A stretch of 64,000 nucleotides of DNA from Octopus vulgaris (Eukaryota). Shown piece by piece: positions 13,008-25,219 of the stretch. The notes under the pieces were generated by a model. That model had not been told where the DNA came from. It worked only from the letters and a program-made list of their open reading frames with translations, and searched no databases. Position numbers and translations under genes: made by a program. The first letter of the stretch is position 1. Each line of letters starts with the position of its first letter. Where the stretch lies: NCBI GenBank assembly GCA_951406725.2, contig OX597837.1, positions 1,488,001 through 1,552,000 on the forward strand, in the 5' to 3' direction.

Positions 13008-13377
13008 CGAGGGGCTGCTGAGAAGTTCTTGGCTTTGCATATAAGAGACGACTGGAGGATCAGTTAATTATGATTTTACTCAACATAATCTTCTCTTAGG
13101 TTCACACACTTGTTGCAGCCGTCCTTTTGTTTTTCTAAGCACTGTAATAGAACTCAGAATTTTGGGCCTCCACCCAGGTCTTTCGCGACACCCTTAAATC
13201 CAGGAAAATTTCGGCAACATCCACGTGTACGCATATATAGATAAAGTTAACAAATAGAGCAAGCTTTAGAAGACTTGACATGTATTTAAAGATACAGGTA
13301 AGGAAGTAATTTTTATTCTCAAACGCAGGATTTAGCATTATTCTGCGTTTCAGAATAATAAACTTCTTTATCTGTAT

Positions 13378-13416
<39 letters not shown>

Positions 13417-13599
13417 ACAATACAGAAGGGTCAATTAATTATAGTTTTATTCCTCATATTCCCCTCTCAGATTCACTCATTTATTGCTGTGACCCTTCAG
13501 GTTTTCTAACCACTGTAAAAGAAGTTGGAAGGTTCGACTTCCAACCAGGCCTTTCGCGACACATTTAATTCCAGGAACTTTTCAGCCTCTCCCACCTCG
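13008..13599. mobile_element. Two tandem copies of a short mariner-type MITE separated by a hairpin/(TA)n insert
   Basis: TA-cgaggggctgctgagaagttcttgg at the left and ccaggaacttttcagc...cctcg-TA at the right. 13050-13215 is similar to 13425-13588 (ccagg.ctttcgcgacac..ttaa.tccaggaa). Confidence 0.65.
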
Positions 13600-13754
13600 T
13601 ATGTTCTGAGACGGTAGCGGGTGAGTTTTCACGGAGATTTGACTGCTATTCCTAGCAGATCGAGCATATGAAGCGTTTTGTAAACGTTGTTTTTGCTGGT
13701 GTTGTTGCTGTAGGTTTTGTTTTGGTCTGAGGCCAGACCTGAACTGGGCTGTGA

Positions 13755-14115
13755 TATCCATGAACATCACAACCACTATCATCACCACTATCATAATGAT
13801 CATCATCGTCATCATTATCATCAACTTCATTGTCATCACCACCATCACTATCATAACTGTCATAATCCCCACCGTCTTCGTTATTATCGACATTATCCCC
13901 ATTTCTGTCATCAACATAAACATTATCACCACCAGCACCACCATCATCATTACAATCTTCATCATTAAAATCGTCATTACCATTACCATCGTCGTTGCCA
14001 TCATCAGCATCGTCATCATCATCACCATCCCCATGAACATCATCAACAAGACCATCATCATCTTCATCAACATCATCATCATCATCAACATCAACATCAC
14101 TACCATAATCATCAG
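13755..14115. repeat. Degenerate (ATC/ACC)n trinucleotide tract
   Basis: catcatcatc-type triplets throughout, generating the spurious His-, Ile- and Met-rich ORFs. Confidence 0.9.
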
Positions 14116-14571
14116 CCTAGCTGCTGTTATGGTATCTCGGACCCAGATTTTCGACAGCTTTCCCACAGAACTACAAATGTTAACAATATGGCTGCCTCTA
14201 ATACAACAAACAGCAAATATATTTACGACTTGTAAACTTTCTCCTTCCAACACTTTTTCTTTCGATTCCTTCTGTAATTCGAAACCGTTTCCAAGTTCCT
14301 GTTTTTGCTTATTTATTACAATGGTACTGCGGAGGGGCGGTGGCGATGGTATTTTGCAATGAGCACTTATCGGTAAATTGAGACTTTTACGATGCAACAC
14401 ACACACACACACACGCGTGTATAATGCATGCATGTGTGTGTGTACACTCACATGTACAGCCACACACACACAAACACATATATATAAATATATATATAAC
14501 TGTAAATTCCTCAATTTACATAATATCGAGGTTTCTTATTCCTTTGTAGTCTTACCATTTCTATTAGTACA

Positions 14572-14660
<89 letters not shown>

Positions 14661-15135
14661 GAGAGGTATATGTGTATGTATTCATATATGTGTGTATGTG
14701 TATACACATATACACACTGGGCCAGCAATTTCGAGGGAAACAGTAAACCGATTACTTCGACCCCAATGTCCACCTGGTACTTATTTTATTGGTCCCAAAG
14801 GGATGAAAAGTAAGATCGATTTAGGCAGAATTTTCACTCAGAACGTAAACACGGACGAAATGCCGTTAAGCATTTTGTCCGGCGTACTATTGTACCAGTA
14901 TTAACGATTGTTTTACATCAAGTTATCTATAAAACGAATCTAACATTAAACTGCAGTTTTACTCAACGCATAGTGATTAACTTTCTCAGGGAAAGTGTCA
15001 ACTGTAACTTCGAATTCTTCACTCGCTCGCTTTTCATAGGACTTCATAAACTTCAAAGTTGCTGAAAAACTTATCCTTGTAAAAGATAACGTGTGACACC
15101 CACCCCCGACAGACATGTATATAAGTTCCATTTAA

Positions 15136-15357
15136 CCCATTAAGTCCCAGAGTGCTTAAATTTCTGAATATTACTTTTAAATGTTTACAGATAATTGAAA
15201 ATAGGTTAAAATGAAAAAAATAATTATTAAAACTCTTTTACTTCAGTAGAAATGGAAATACTCGGTGTCCTATAAATAGGACACTGAGACAATGTGATAA
15301 AGATTATTTAATGTTCTCATTTAGTGTCCTACTTACAGGACAGTGGGACTTAATGGG
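15136..15357. mobile_element. piggyBac-type MITE (222 bp)
   Basis: TTAA target duplication (15132-15135, 15358-15361). Perfect 14-bp TIR cccattaagtccca/tgggacttaatggg. Internal palindromes gtgtcctataaataggacac and tgtcctacttacaggaca. Confidence 0.9.
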
Positions 15358-15991
15358 TTAACGTGACTTTTCAGTCAGTTTTGTTGTATATTGTGCATTA
15401 AAAATATTATAAACGTGTGTGTATTTGCGTGTGTCTATTTGATATTATTTTGAATGGCTTTAAAAGCAAAATTAAGATAAGCATTTCTCCAGAGCTTTTA
15501 TATAATACCGTAAAATACATTCAACCCTAAAGAAATTTTAAGACGCAATAGACAGGCTCAGATTGTCTCTTGAAAAAGCGGAAACGTGAAACTCACTGTA
15601 TTGGCATTTTACAGCCATCCACTGCTCGTGTAGTTTTATAATTTATTGCTTTTCAGTGAATCAACAGAAATCTTTTTCTCTCGCTCGGTGTGTGTGTATG
15701 TGTGTGTGTGTAATTATTTATGTACTTATTTTATGGATATTTTGCGGTAGAAAACTTAAAAGTGCTCAATAGAGCATTGTGTTAAACACGTGCAGAGCCT
15801 TATCAGTGTAGGGGATTAAATATTCATTCGAACAAGGTTTTATTCAGTCCGCCTTTTAGCTGTATTTCTACATTTTAGCAGATTGCGTCCAGATGTATTC
15901 ATTGATAGTTGCCGCACTAAGAGAGGAATACAAAATGCATGATACATCGCACCTACACACACTGATATATATATATATATATATATGTGTG

Positions 15992-16024
<33 letters not shown>

Positions 16025-16053
16025 GTGTGTGTGTATATATATATATGTATATA

Positions 16054-16094
<41 letters not shown>

Positions 16095-16097
16095 ATG

Positions 16098-16154
<57 letters not shown>

Positions 16155-16157
16155 GTG

Positions 16158-16189
<32 letters not shown>

Positions 16190-16889
16190 CGTATAGTTAT
16201 CATTTATGCATATAATTATATATGGCATCATATTTTGTGTTGCGGTATTTACACCCATAGGCTCGTGCGTGTGTGTTTAAACTTAGATATGTGTTGGTTG
16301 CGTGTATGGATGTATGTATATGCAATCAGTGCACGTAAAATTTTGCTCCAGTTTTTCCCTGATTTGTATAATTTTCTCATCACTTTTACCTCTTCCCGCT
16401 CCATCCTCTTCTTCACTTCCTCATAAAATATAAATTCGTATCAACATTATTTATTTATATAACGATGTTTATATCTATCGAGGTTTTGTGAAAACTCCCC
16501 CCACCACCACCACCAAAAAAAACATCATCACCATCATCATCGTTACCATTACATGCGCATCACCATAGTCATCATAATCATCAACATATTTACAGAGAGG
16601 CAATGGTAAAATTGTCAGGTATGACCCACTTATATTGGCCTATTATATATGAAGGCCAGAGAATATATCTGACAGTCGACACTTCCCCTATATCCGTAAG
16701 CGTTACTGGAATGTCAGGTTTCCCACCACTCGCCTCCAGGGGTTTCTCCTCCTATTGGTTCACGCCTTGTCTTATATTTCTACTTGTGTTTTTAAATTAT
16801 TGCTTTTACTATTTTCTAAAACTTTATTCTCTAAGCTTATTTTGTTTTGTAAATTTGTCTGACTAATCTCAATTGTTTCGTCGCTACTG

Positions 16890-17070
16890 TGGCAAAAAAT
16901 AAAATGTTTAGCAGCATTTCTTCCGTCTTTACGTTCTGAGTTCAAATTCCACCGAGGTCGACTTTGCCTTTCATCTTTTCGGGCTCGATAAATTAAGTAC
17001 CAGTGAAACACTGGGGTCGATGTTATCGATTAGTCCCCTCCCAGGCCTTGTGCCTTTATTAGAAAAGATT
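16890..17070 (+). mobile_element. Family-A SINE (short-tail type)
   Basis: acgttctgagttcaaattccaccgaggtcgactttgcctttcatc...ggccttgtgcctttattagaaaagatt(att)n. More degraded copies follow at 17325-17490 and 17575-17740. Confidence 0.8.
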
Positions 17071-17075
17071 ATTAT

Positions 17076-17119
<44 letters not shown>

Positions 17120-17120
17120 T

Positions 17121-17292
17121 TGCCTTTGCACAACTTCTAACGGTGGAGATGTACTACGGTGTTAGCTGTTCCCCACCAGTGAACTAAGGTAACACCTCTT
17201 ATTTTTCCAGCACCTTCCGGAGTATTCGAGCGGTTCCAAGTAGTTTTCTGCAAGTGCTCCACCCTTATTGCAGCCCCTATTTGTCCCATGTA
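17121..17292 (-). mobile_element. 3' end of an R4/Dong-like (RLE-type) non-LTR element in a TAA/TAG microsatellite
   Basis: The minus strand reads IGAAIRVEHLQK then, after a small deletion, LLGTARILRKVLE, a typical R4/Dong C-terminus. Flanked by (TAC)n and (TAT)n; Dong elements are known to target TAA repeats. Confidence 0.7.
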
Positions 17293-17293
17293 C

Positions 17294-17324
<31 letters not shown>

Positions 17325-18049
17325 GCGGCAAGTTGACAGATTCGTTAGCACACGAGCTAAGCGCTTAGCGGTATATTATCCGTCGTTACGTTCTGAGTTC
17401 AGTTTCTGTTGAGTTTGCCTTTCATCCTGTGGACATCAATAAAATAAGTACCACTTGAAGGCTGCGGCCGATGTAATCGACTTATCCGATATTGCTGATC
17501 TTCTGCCATTATTTGCAACCATCATTATCATTGAACAGGAACAAGCTTTTACAGCAATTCTTTCGCATGTGTATGTGCTGGGTTCAAATCCCGCCGAGGT
17601 CAATTTTGCCATTCATTCTTTCTCTCCTTCCCAGGTCGATATAGGGAAGTATCGAGTACCATTCAAGTACTGGTATCCATGTTGTTGATAAACCACCCTC
17701 CCCTCAAAAGTCGTTGGCCTTGTACCAAAATTTGGAACCGTCATCGTTGTTGTTGGTGTTGTTGTTGTTTCGCCGTGAAATGAGTAATTTAAGAAGCATG
17801 AAAAATGTACTTTTTGGTTGTTAATAAGTATCTGCTGGCAGGGCACCTGCAATAAAACTGCCATTGGTAGCAAAAAGTATTGCGGTGATTACACCGCCAC
17901 CCCCACCGACAACAAGAGTAATGTCTGCGTCAGAACATCAGTAACAACAATAACAACAACAACAGCGGCAATATTAACGATTATTTTGACAGCAACTGCC
18001 ACAAGATGAACAATCGTATTCAAATAGAGGAAAATAAAAAGATCATCAA

Positions 18050-18099
<50 letters not shown>

Positions 18100-18323
18100 A
18101 CAGCAACAACAATAATAGAGACTACAGCAGCAACAGGAACGTCAATAACAACAATAATAATGTCAGCCTTGACGACGTCGATATTAAGGCAAAAAAATAA
18201 CAATAATAATAATAAAGAAAGGGAACAACTAGAAAACAACACAAATATAAGTATGACAAGCGCTTTAGCAATAAGAAGACCTTAGCAATGAAATAATCGA
18301 TAAAACTGACAATAATAATAATG

Positions 18324-18357
<34 letters not shown>

Positions 18358-19111
18358 ACATAATGATGGTACGATATGGGAACTTGTATGTTGTAGCATG
18401 GCGTGTAAGTTATAGCAACAGCAACGCATTGGAAGTGATTCAAGTATTAAAGAATATAAGCTTCGATACGTTTAAAAATACGGAAAAGTAACTGATGGTT
18501 TTGCTTCGATCACAGGTCTCCCTCATCAGGGATCAACCAAGGTTGAGCTGAAACACTAAGAACATCGTCAATCGCAATGACAAAAAGGAAGGCAAAATAG
18601 CAATGGCAATATCGAGCGTTTAGTTATCACCTGATCTGACAGAAATAGCAGTTAAATATACCATTAAATAAACCTCTAGAAATCTTAAAAGTGATAAATA
18701 TTAACTGATTGAGGCGGATAATATTAGATGAAGATGGGAACTCCGTCGTTTTAACATGAGTACAGCTTGTTCGAGAGACTGTATTACCTGCAGCTCAGTT
18801 GATGATAGGTGGCTGGGAATTTCATAGATACATGTGTGTGTGTGTGTATGCGTGAAGGTCTGTGATTATATATATATATATACTTGTATATGTGTGTATA
18901 TCAATATCTAGGTATATATATATGTGTGTGTATGTCTGTATATGTATGCATATTTATGCATATATGCATGTATGTTTTTTGTATGTATATAATTATATAT
19001 GTGTATTTATATGTAAATGTATCTATAGTTTTGTGTAGGTATAATATATGTTAGTATATATGATTATGTATTTATAAAAATATATACATACATATATACA
19101 CACATATATAC

Positions 19112-19147
<36 letters not shown>

Positions 19148-19502
19148 ACAATAAGTCCCCTTAGGCGATATCTAGTGGTTGCCTCCATTATAACGGGCTT
19201 GCATTCCAATCCGTGTCCCATACATTTCTTCCGCCCAAAATCAATTATAAGCGGGAAATTAGATTCGGGTGTCTATGTAAATATTTGCTTTTAATCTAAT
19301 GTGTTGTTCTTGTTCTCGTTGTTGTTGTTGCTGTTCTTGTTGTGAAGTAGGGATATGTGATATTTACCACACTTCGATCTAGTGAGATTTTTTTAATGTA
19401 TATCCCTGTATCTGTGCATACGTATGTATAAATATGTGTGTATATCATGTATGTATATACGAATATGGCGAATTGTGTGCACTTTTCCTTATGTTAGTGT
19501 CG

Positions 19503-19544
<42 letters not shown>

Positions 19545-20562
19545 ATGCTCTCTATCTCTCTTTCTCCCTCTCCCTCACTGCCTGTGTCTCTCTCTCTCGC
19601 TCTCTCTCTCTTTGTAATATCCGTGTTTGTGTGTGTATACAATACGCAATTATCTGTATTTTCTTGGATCTGAAGCCCCTTAAATCACAGCTCTGGGATC
19701 TATACATACAGTTATACAAATGAATCGTTTGAACAATTGTAAATGATCAATTCAAGATTAGGATTCGATATTCGATCTCACACACACACACACACACACA
19801 CACAATCTGTGTGTAAAATCCAGGAGCTATGATACAAGAATTTTTAGATCAAAGGAAACCTAGATATATTCACACTAGAGACATAAAGATCGGATTTAAC
19901 GCCGGTAAACTCAAACTCAGTTCTACATACACGCATGTGCATCGTAGGAAACACACACACACACACACACACAAACACAGAGGTCTTGTGATTGGTATTG
20001 AATTCCAGGTAAATCACATGACTTTGTTAGCCTGGTTGATTTGTATCTGCAGAGAGCTTAAATATTTTGTTCGGATTACTAATCCTTTATTAATCCCGCT
20101 TCGTTTTGATGTATGGATCTCATTCAGAAATGTTCGATAAATTGAAATACGAGAAGTACTGAATGACCGTGTAAGTGGCTGAGTATACCACAGACATGTG
20201 TATTTTTCATGTACTTCTCAAACAGGAGGACTGTCACACATTATATGAGAATTCTTTACTTTTTCAAGCAGAGCTGCATTCCAACGGATGGGATTCTATA
20301 ACGTTTCCCCTCTACTAATGGTTGGTATCGACGATGTAGAAAATGACATTTGCCCCAAATCCCTCGCAGTGTAATCGATAGAGATAGTAATTAGGGAACA
20401 AATAGAGAGGGAGGGATACGTTGATTAAAAGAATGTTCAAAGGCTTAGGAAAAAATTCCTCTATTGAACTGAAGTGCAAGTTAAACTAATTGTTCAAACT
20501 ATAATGACTGGCGAAATCACTTATACGAGTAAAATGTGTGTTTCTGCCACTATTTACATTTG

Positions 20563-21670
20563 ACGTTAAAAATGTCAACATTGGCAGATAATTCAGACAA
20601 TCTAAGTGAGATGTTTTTAACTAAATTATTGGTAATTGCCCTAGCGTGATTACTGTAAAGACTAATATATTTAAGATTTGTGGAAGGTTTATGGTATGGG
20701 AAGTACGAGTTATTTTGTAAATTGAGAGTAATATCTAAGAAAGTGGCTTTAGTTAACTCATCGTCAAAAACGCTGTGCAAGCCCATTCTTCTAAAGAACC
20801 TAATTAATCTATTCTTAACCATCTGTATTTTTTGATTTGAAATGTTTTAGAGGTAAAGCAGACAATCGTCGCGATAAAGACCTCCGCAGATATCCGGGAA
20901 CTGGTCAGCCATTTCATAAAGAATATATATTCCGACCAAATCGGCTATCTGGGCGCTGTCTGAACTTCCCATTAGTACATCAAACGCATTAGGAGTATCA
21001 CTCCGGTCCCACAACTTGTTATCGAACTTGATGAAAGATTTCCTAACAGTCAGGATCACATTAATTTCTTCCCTAGAGAGACCTGCTTTATTGTGTGCGT
21101 GCCATAGGGCCTCATTGAGTTTAATAGGGTTGATTGAAGAATAGAAACTAGATATATCAAATTGAATAAATTTAGTGTTGGCCTTATCAGTAATGGAAGT
21201 AAACCAATCTACGACTTGAACAGAATTCGACCATAAGCTAAGTTTTATTTATTAATTAATGAAGGGATATACTTATCTAATATGTATTTACTAAGAGTAC
21301 CGATGTCTGAGCTGGAAGGGCATATAAGCCGCAATGCTGGGTTAGTATAAAAGTTCTGCTTGTGGTCTTTTAAAATAAACCGGGGTTGCCTAGGGTTCAA
21401 TGGTTCTGTCTTCATCTGTAATCCCTAAGTTTCCATAATCCATTTAGTTTCTAGGTTGGCCTGCCTGAGTGTATTCCTACTGGTGGTCTTGTAATTTTTA
21501 TGGATCTTTATTTTGAGCAGTTCCAAATAGTGGCTTTTGGTAAGCTTATAGATGTTACCGGTTTTATCCGATTGAGCTAGGATGTAATCTAAGTTATTGA
21601 TTTCTCTAGAGACGTTATTAAGATATCTGAGGTGCTTATTCCTGAGGGGTGATCGATGAAATTTAATATT
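20563..21670 (-). pseudogene. Penelope-like reverse transcriptase, disrupted
   Basis: Minus-strand translation: NIKFHR...AQSDKTGNIY...LKDHKQNFYTNPALRLICPSSSDIGTLSKYILDK...FIQFDISSFYSSI...FDVLMGSSDSAQIADLVGIYIL...GLYRDD...ATFLDITLNL...YHKP...YISLYSNH. Contains stops and frameshifts. Confidence 0.9.
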
Positions 21671-21681
21671 TATAATAATAC

Positions 21682-21725
<44 letters not shown>

Positions 21726-21939
21726 GTATTAATAATAATAATAATAATAACAGTATTAATAATAATAATAATAACAGTATTAATAATAATAATAATAACA
21801 GTATTAATAATAATAATAATAATTATAATAACGTATTATTGTTGATTATAATATTAATTGTATTAACAATAATAGTAATAATAATAATCATAATAATTAT
21901 TATAATAATAGTAATAGTATCATTATTATTATTATTATT

Positions 21940-21996
<57 letters not shown>

Positions 21997-22079
21997 CGTA
22001 GCAATAAAAACTTGGTTTCGATTTCTGAGGACGGACAACCCCAACAGAATTAAATTTTTGTCTAATAACTCTAAGATCA

Positions 22080-22429
22080 AGTATTATATATACCACTGTA
22101 AAGTTTCTTCCGGTACCGATGTCTTCTTCTATATAGGTGCATCCACTTCCCAGTTATCCAAGAGAATTTCAAATCATTATTCATCATTTAGGGATAGCAA
22201 AAAACGCCATAGTACAGGGCTAAGTAAATTGGTTTGGCATCTTAAAGACAACAATAAAGATTTTAAGTTAGATTGGTTCATACTTTCCGTGTCCTTTCCT
22301 TTCGATAAGAGCAAGATATTTTGTAACATTTGCAACTCTGAACTCTTCCATATTCTCTTCTCGAAGAATCACCTTGTAAACACACTTATAGAGCGATCGT
22401 ACAAATGTAAATACTGGCAGAAACATTGA
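22080..22429 (+). CDS. GIY-YIG endonuclease domain of the PLE (3' part of ORF 21656-22429)
   Basis: YYIYHCKV...FFYIGAST...KRISNHYSSF...STGLSKLVWHLK...W.IL...CNICNSELFHI...LVN...KCKY matches the C-terminal GIY-YIG pattern of PLEs. The upstream part of the ORF is (AAT)n low complexity. Confidence 0.85.
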
Positions 22430-22714
22430 TTTTACTCATATAAGTGATTTCGCCAGTCATTATAATTTGAAATATTTGTTTAACTTGCACTTTACTTCAA
22501 TAGAGAAATCTATTTCTAAGCCTTTGAACATTCTTTTAATCAACGTATCCCTCCCTCTCCATTTGTTCCCTAATTACTACCCCTTTAACCCTTCTCCTCC
22601 TTCTATCTGCCTTTGACGTCAAATCTACTAACGGTTTTTTTAAATACTTAATATCGTTCTGTTTATCATGTAGGCAGCCATCATAAATGTTATAATGTCT
22701 TGTTGAGGGAGGCT

Positions 22715-22809
22715 CTCTTTCTTTCCTGATGAGAAGATTGCATCTTACACCGTTTATTCCTTTGGAATAAAACCATGCTGTCTTCGAAACATATGTCGAA
22801 AGTAAAGGG
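22715..22809 (+). ncRNA. Type I hammerhead ribozyme in the PLE 3' region
   Basis: Stem I ctttc/gaaag. Core CTGATGA (22726-22732). Stem II gaagattgcat/atgctgtcttc with an internal hairpin tttattcc/ggaataaa. GAAA (22786-22789). Palindromic short stem III ACATATGT. Cleavage triplet GTC (22795-22797). Confidence 0.85.
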
Positions 22810-23599
22810 ATTTTATTAACATCTTCGTTCAACTCTATTTACTTATTTATTTATCTGTAACACATAAATTACTGCACATTAACCCGGAGTTTCTACCTTT
22901 GGATAGGTCGCTTCAACCGAGTTTCTGACGTGAATTTGCTACCCTGGTAACGGTTCATTGAATTTTCCATGTTAACGGTAAACATAGGATAATTCATTCA
23001 CCCATCGAAATATATATATATATAAATTTTAAAAGTATGAGCATAATTATAATTAGGGTTCAGGAAAATTTGCTTTACCACACCGAAATTTCTCTGTTCT
23101 ATGTTGAAATCCAACTAAAGGTTCACCAACATCAATAACCTATCAGTTATTTTCTGAAGTCAACTTGAAACCCTGAGAGAGAGATTCAAAGCGCCTTCAT
23201 ATATTCATATGTATATACGTGTGTGCGCGCGGGCATACACACACATACACACAGGTATAATTAAAGTCATTTTGTTAAAGCAAGTCTAAGAATAACACCA
23301 GAACCATCATATGAGTCTTGATGCTAAGAATAAAGTTAAATTTATTATGAAGACCAAGTTGACTGGGAACTTGCAGTGTAGACACACACACACACCCACA
23401 CCCACACACCCACACCCACACACCCACACCCACACACACACACACTTGATGTATTTTAACGACCCATGTCGGATGAATGCTAAGTTGACCTCAGCAAGAT
23501 TTGAACTCAAGGATGTAAAGTTTCTTACTTACGTACATCTCACTAAGCGTTTTGTCCGACTCTAACGATTTGGCCAGAAAATGAGAAGGATTTCAAATT

Positions 23600-24165
23600 T
23601 TGGCACATAGCCATTTGGTTTCGATGGTTGGGGGATAATCGATTACATCGACCCCAGTTCTCAAATCGTACTTAATTTACCGATCCCGAAAGGATGAAAA
23701 GCCTCGTAGGAATTGGAGCTCAGAATACATTTTGGCCGGCGTGATAACGATTCTTATCTCTTTATTGCCCGCAAGTGGCTAAACATAGAGGGGACAAACA
23801 AGGACAGACAAACGGATTAAGTCGATTACATCGACCCCAGTGCGTAACTGGTACTTAATTTATCGACCCCGAAAGTATGAAAGGTAAAGTCGACCTAGGC
23901 GGAATTTGAACTCAGAACGTAGCGGCAGACGAAATACCTATTTCTTTACTCCCTACAAGGGGCTAAATAAAGAGGGGACAAACAAGGACAGACAAACGGA
24001 TTAAGTCGATTATATCGACCCCAGTGCGTAACTGGTACTTATTTAATCGACCCCGAAAGGAGGAAAAGGAAAGTCGACCTCGGCAGAATTTGAACTCAGA
24101 ACGTAGCGGCAGACGAAATACCGCTAAGCATTTCGCCCGGCGTGTGGTAACGATTCTGCCAGAAT
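23600..24165 (-). mobile_element. Tandem array of family-A tRNA-type SINEs
   Basis: Repeated minus-strand units with B-box ctgagttcaaattcc and core gcctttcatcctttcggggtcga..aa.taagtaccag (Meta-domain-like). Copies at ~24165-23939, 23938-23757 and 23755-23600. Confidence 0.85.
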
Positions 24166-25219
24166 TTAATAATAACAAATTGTGGCGATCGCCGTGAGCA
24201 TGATGTCAGCGATGATGTTGGTCACGATGATGGCGACGTCGATGGCGATATCGGCGACGGCTATGACGACGACGATGGATCTGTAAGTGGCAATGTTGTT
24301 AATGATGAGAATTATGGTGATTTTGACATCGATATGTAATCGATCGTGATAATATGGGCTATAAGCTCGGAATTCTGATGAGATAATGTATTTTTCTCCC
24401 CGTTTACAACACCCCGTCTTTCTCCTGCCCTTTATCTCTTCTCACCCCTAGTTTTTTTTCTCTTCGGATTTCATTCAGTTCCTCTGTCCTTTCTACTCCC
24501 CCTCTCTCTCTCTCTCTCTCTCTCTTCTATTTCACTCCCTCACACCTTCACTCAATAAATAAATAAATACATGAAGCACAAAGAATGTTCCACTTTGTCC
24601 GACAATATTTCACAATCAAATGAAGGAGCGGAACATCGTTTCAGCTTCGTAAATGGCACCTCTGGCTTGTAGAGCCTTGGAAGGCCCTCACCTTACCTAC
24701 CCACCACCTACCTAGTTATCTACCTTCATACCTACCTACCTACCTACCTACCCATCCATCTACCTTCACTTCCCTTTCCATTGATTTAACCCTCTACGAT
24801 GAAGGCTAACTCCGCTGCCCTCGCTCTTTGCTTTTTTATCTTCTGATACTAGCATCATCGCCGTCAGCAACACCACGTAGACAACCACCACCACCACCAC
24901 CACCACCACCACCACCACCACCACCGTACCAACAACTACCACTGCTGCCGTCACCATTTCACTGTCGTAAGAGCCACCACCAACGCAGCCATTCATCACC
25001 CTTCCCACTAATACAACACCCACTACCACTGTCACCACAGCCTCCACCAACACTGAGACCACTACAACAACACCAACAATAGCAACTAATGTCAACACAA
25101 CTAAAACCGTCACCATTTGATGCTCCTAAAAGGGCCACTACCACCACTGCAACCACCATCACAATTCACACCAATACAATACCCGCCTACCACCACCACC
25201 ACCACCACCACTCAAACGT

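Larger units (their letters stand above)
20385..23090. mobile_element. Rearranged Penelope-like element (PLE) with inverted halves
   Basis: PLE-type RT on the - strand. Asn-rich (AAT)n linker, GIY-YIG and 3'UTR with a hammerhead ribozyme on the + strand. Inverted repeat 20385-20562 / 22402-22579. The right boundary is approximate. Confidence 0.85.

Noticed and set aside
13582-14514. 310-aa Met-rich minus ORF and overlapping His/Ile-rich ORFs (superficially reflectin-like or His-rich beak-protein-like)
   Set aside because: Explained by a degenerate (ATC)n tract open in several frames. No reflectin motif, GHG repeats or splice support.
24840-25210. Thr-rich mucin-like stretch (also 51050-52420)
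   Set aside because: In-frame stops and no clear splice sites; consistent with decayed (ACC/ACT)n repeats.
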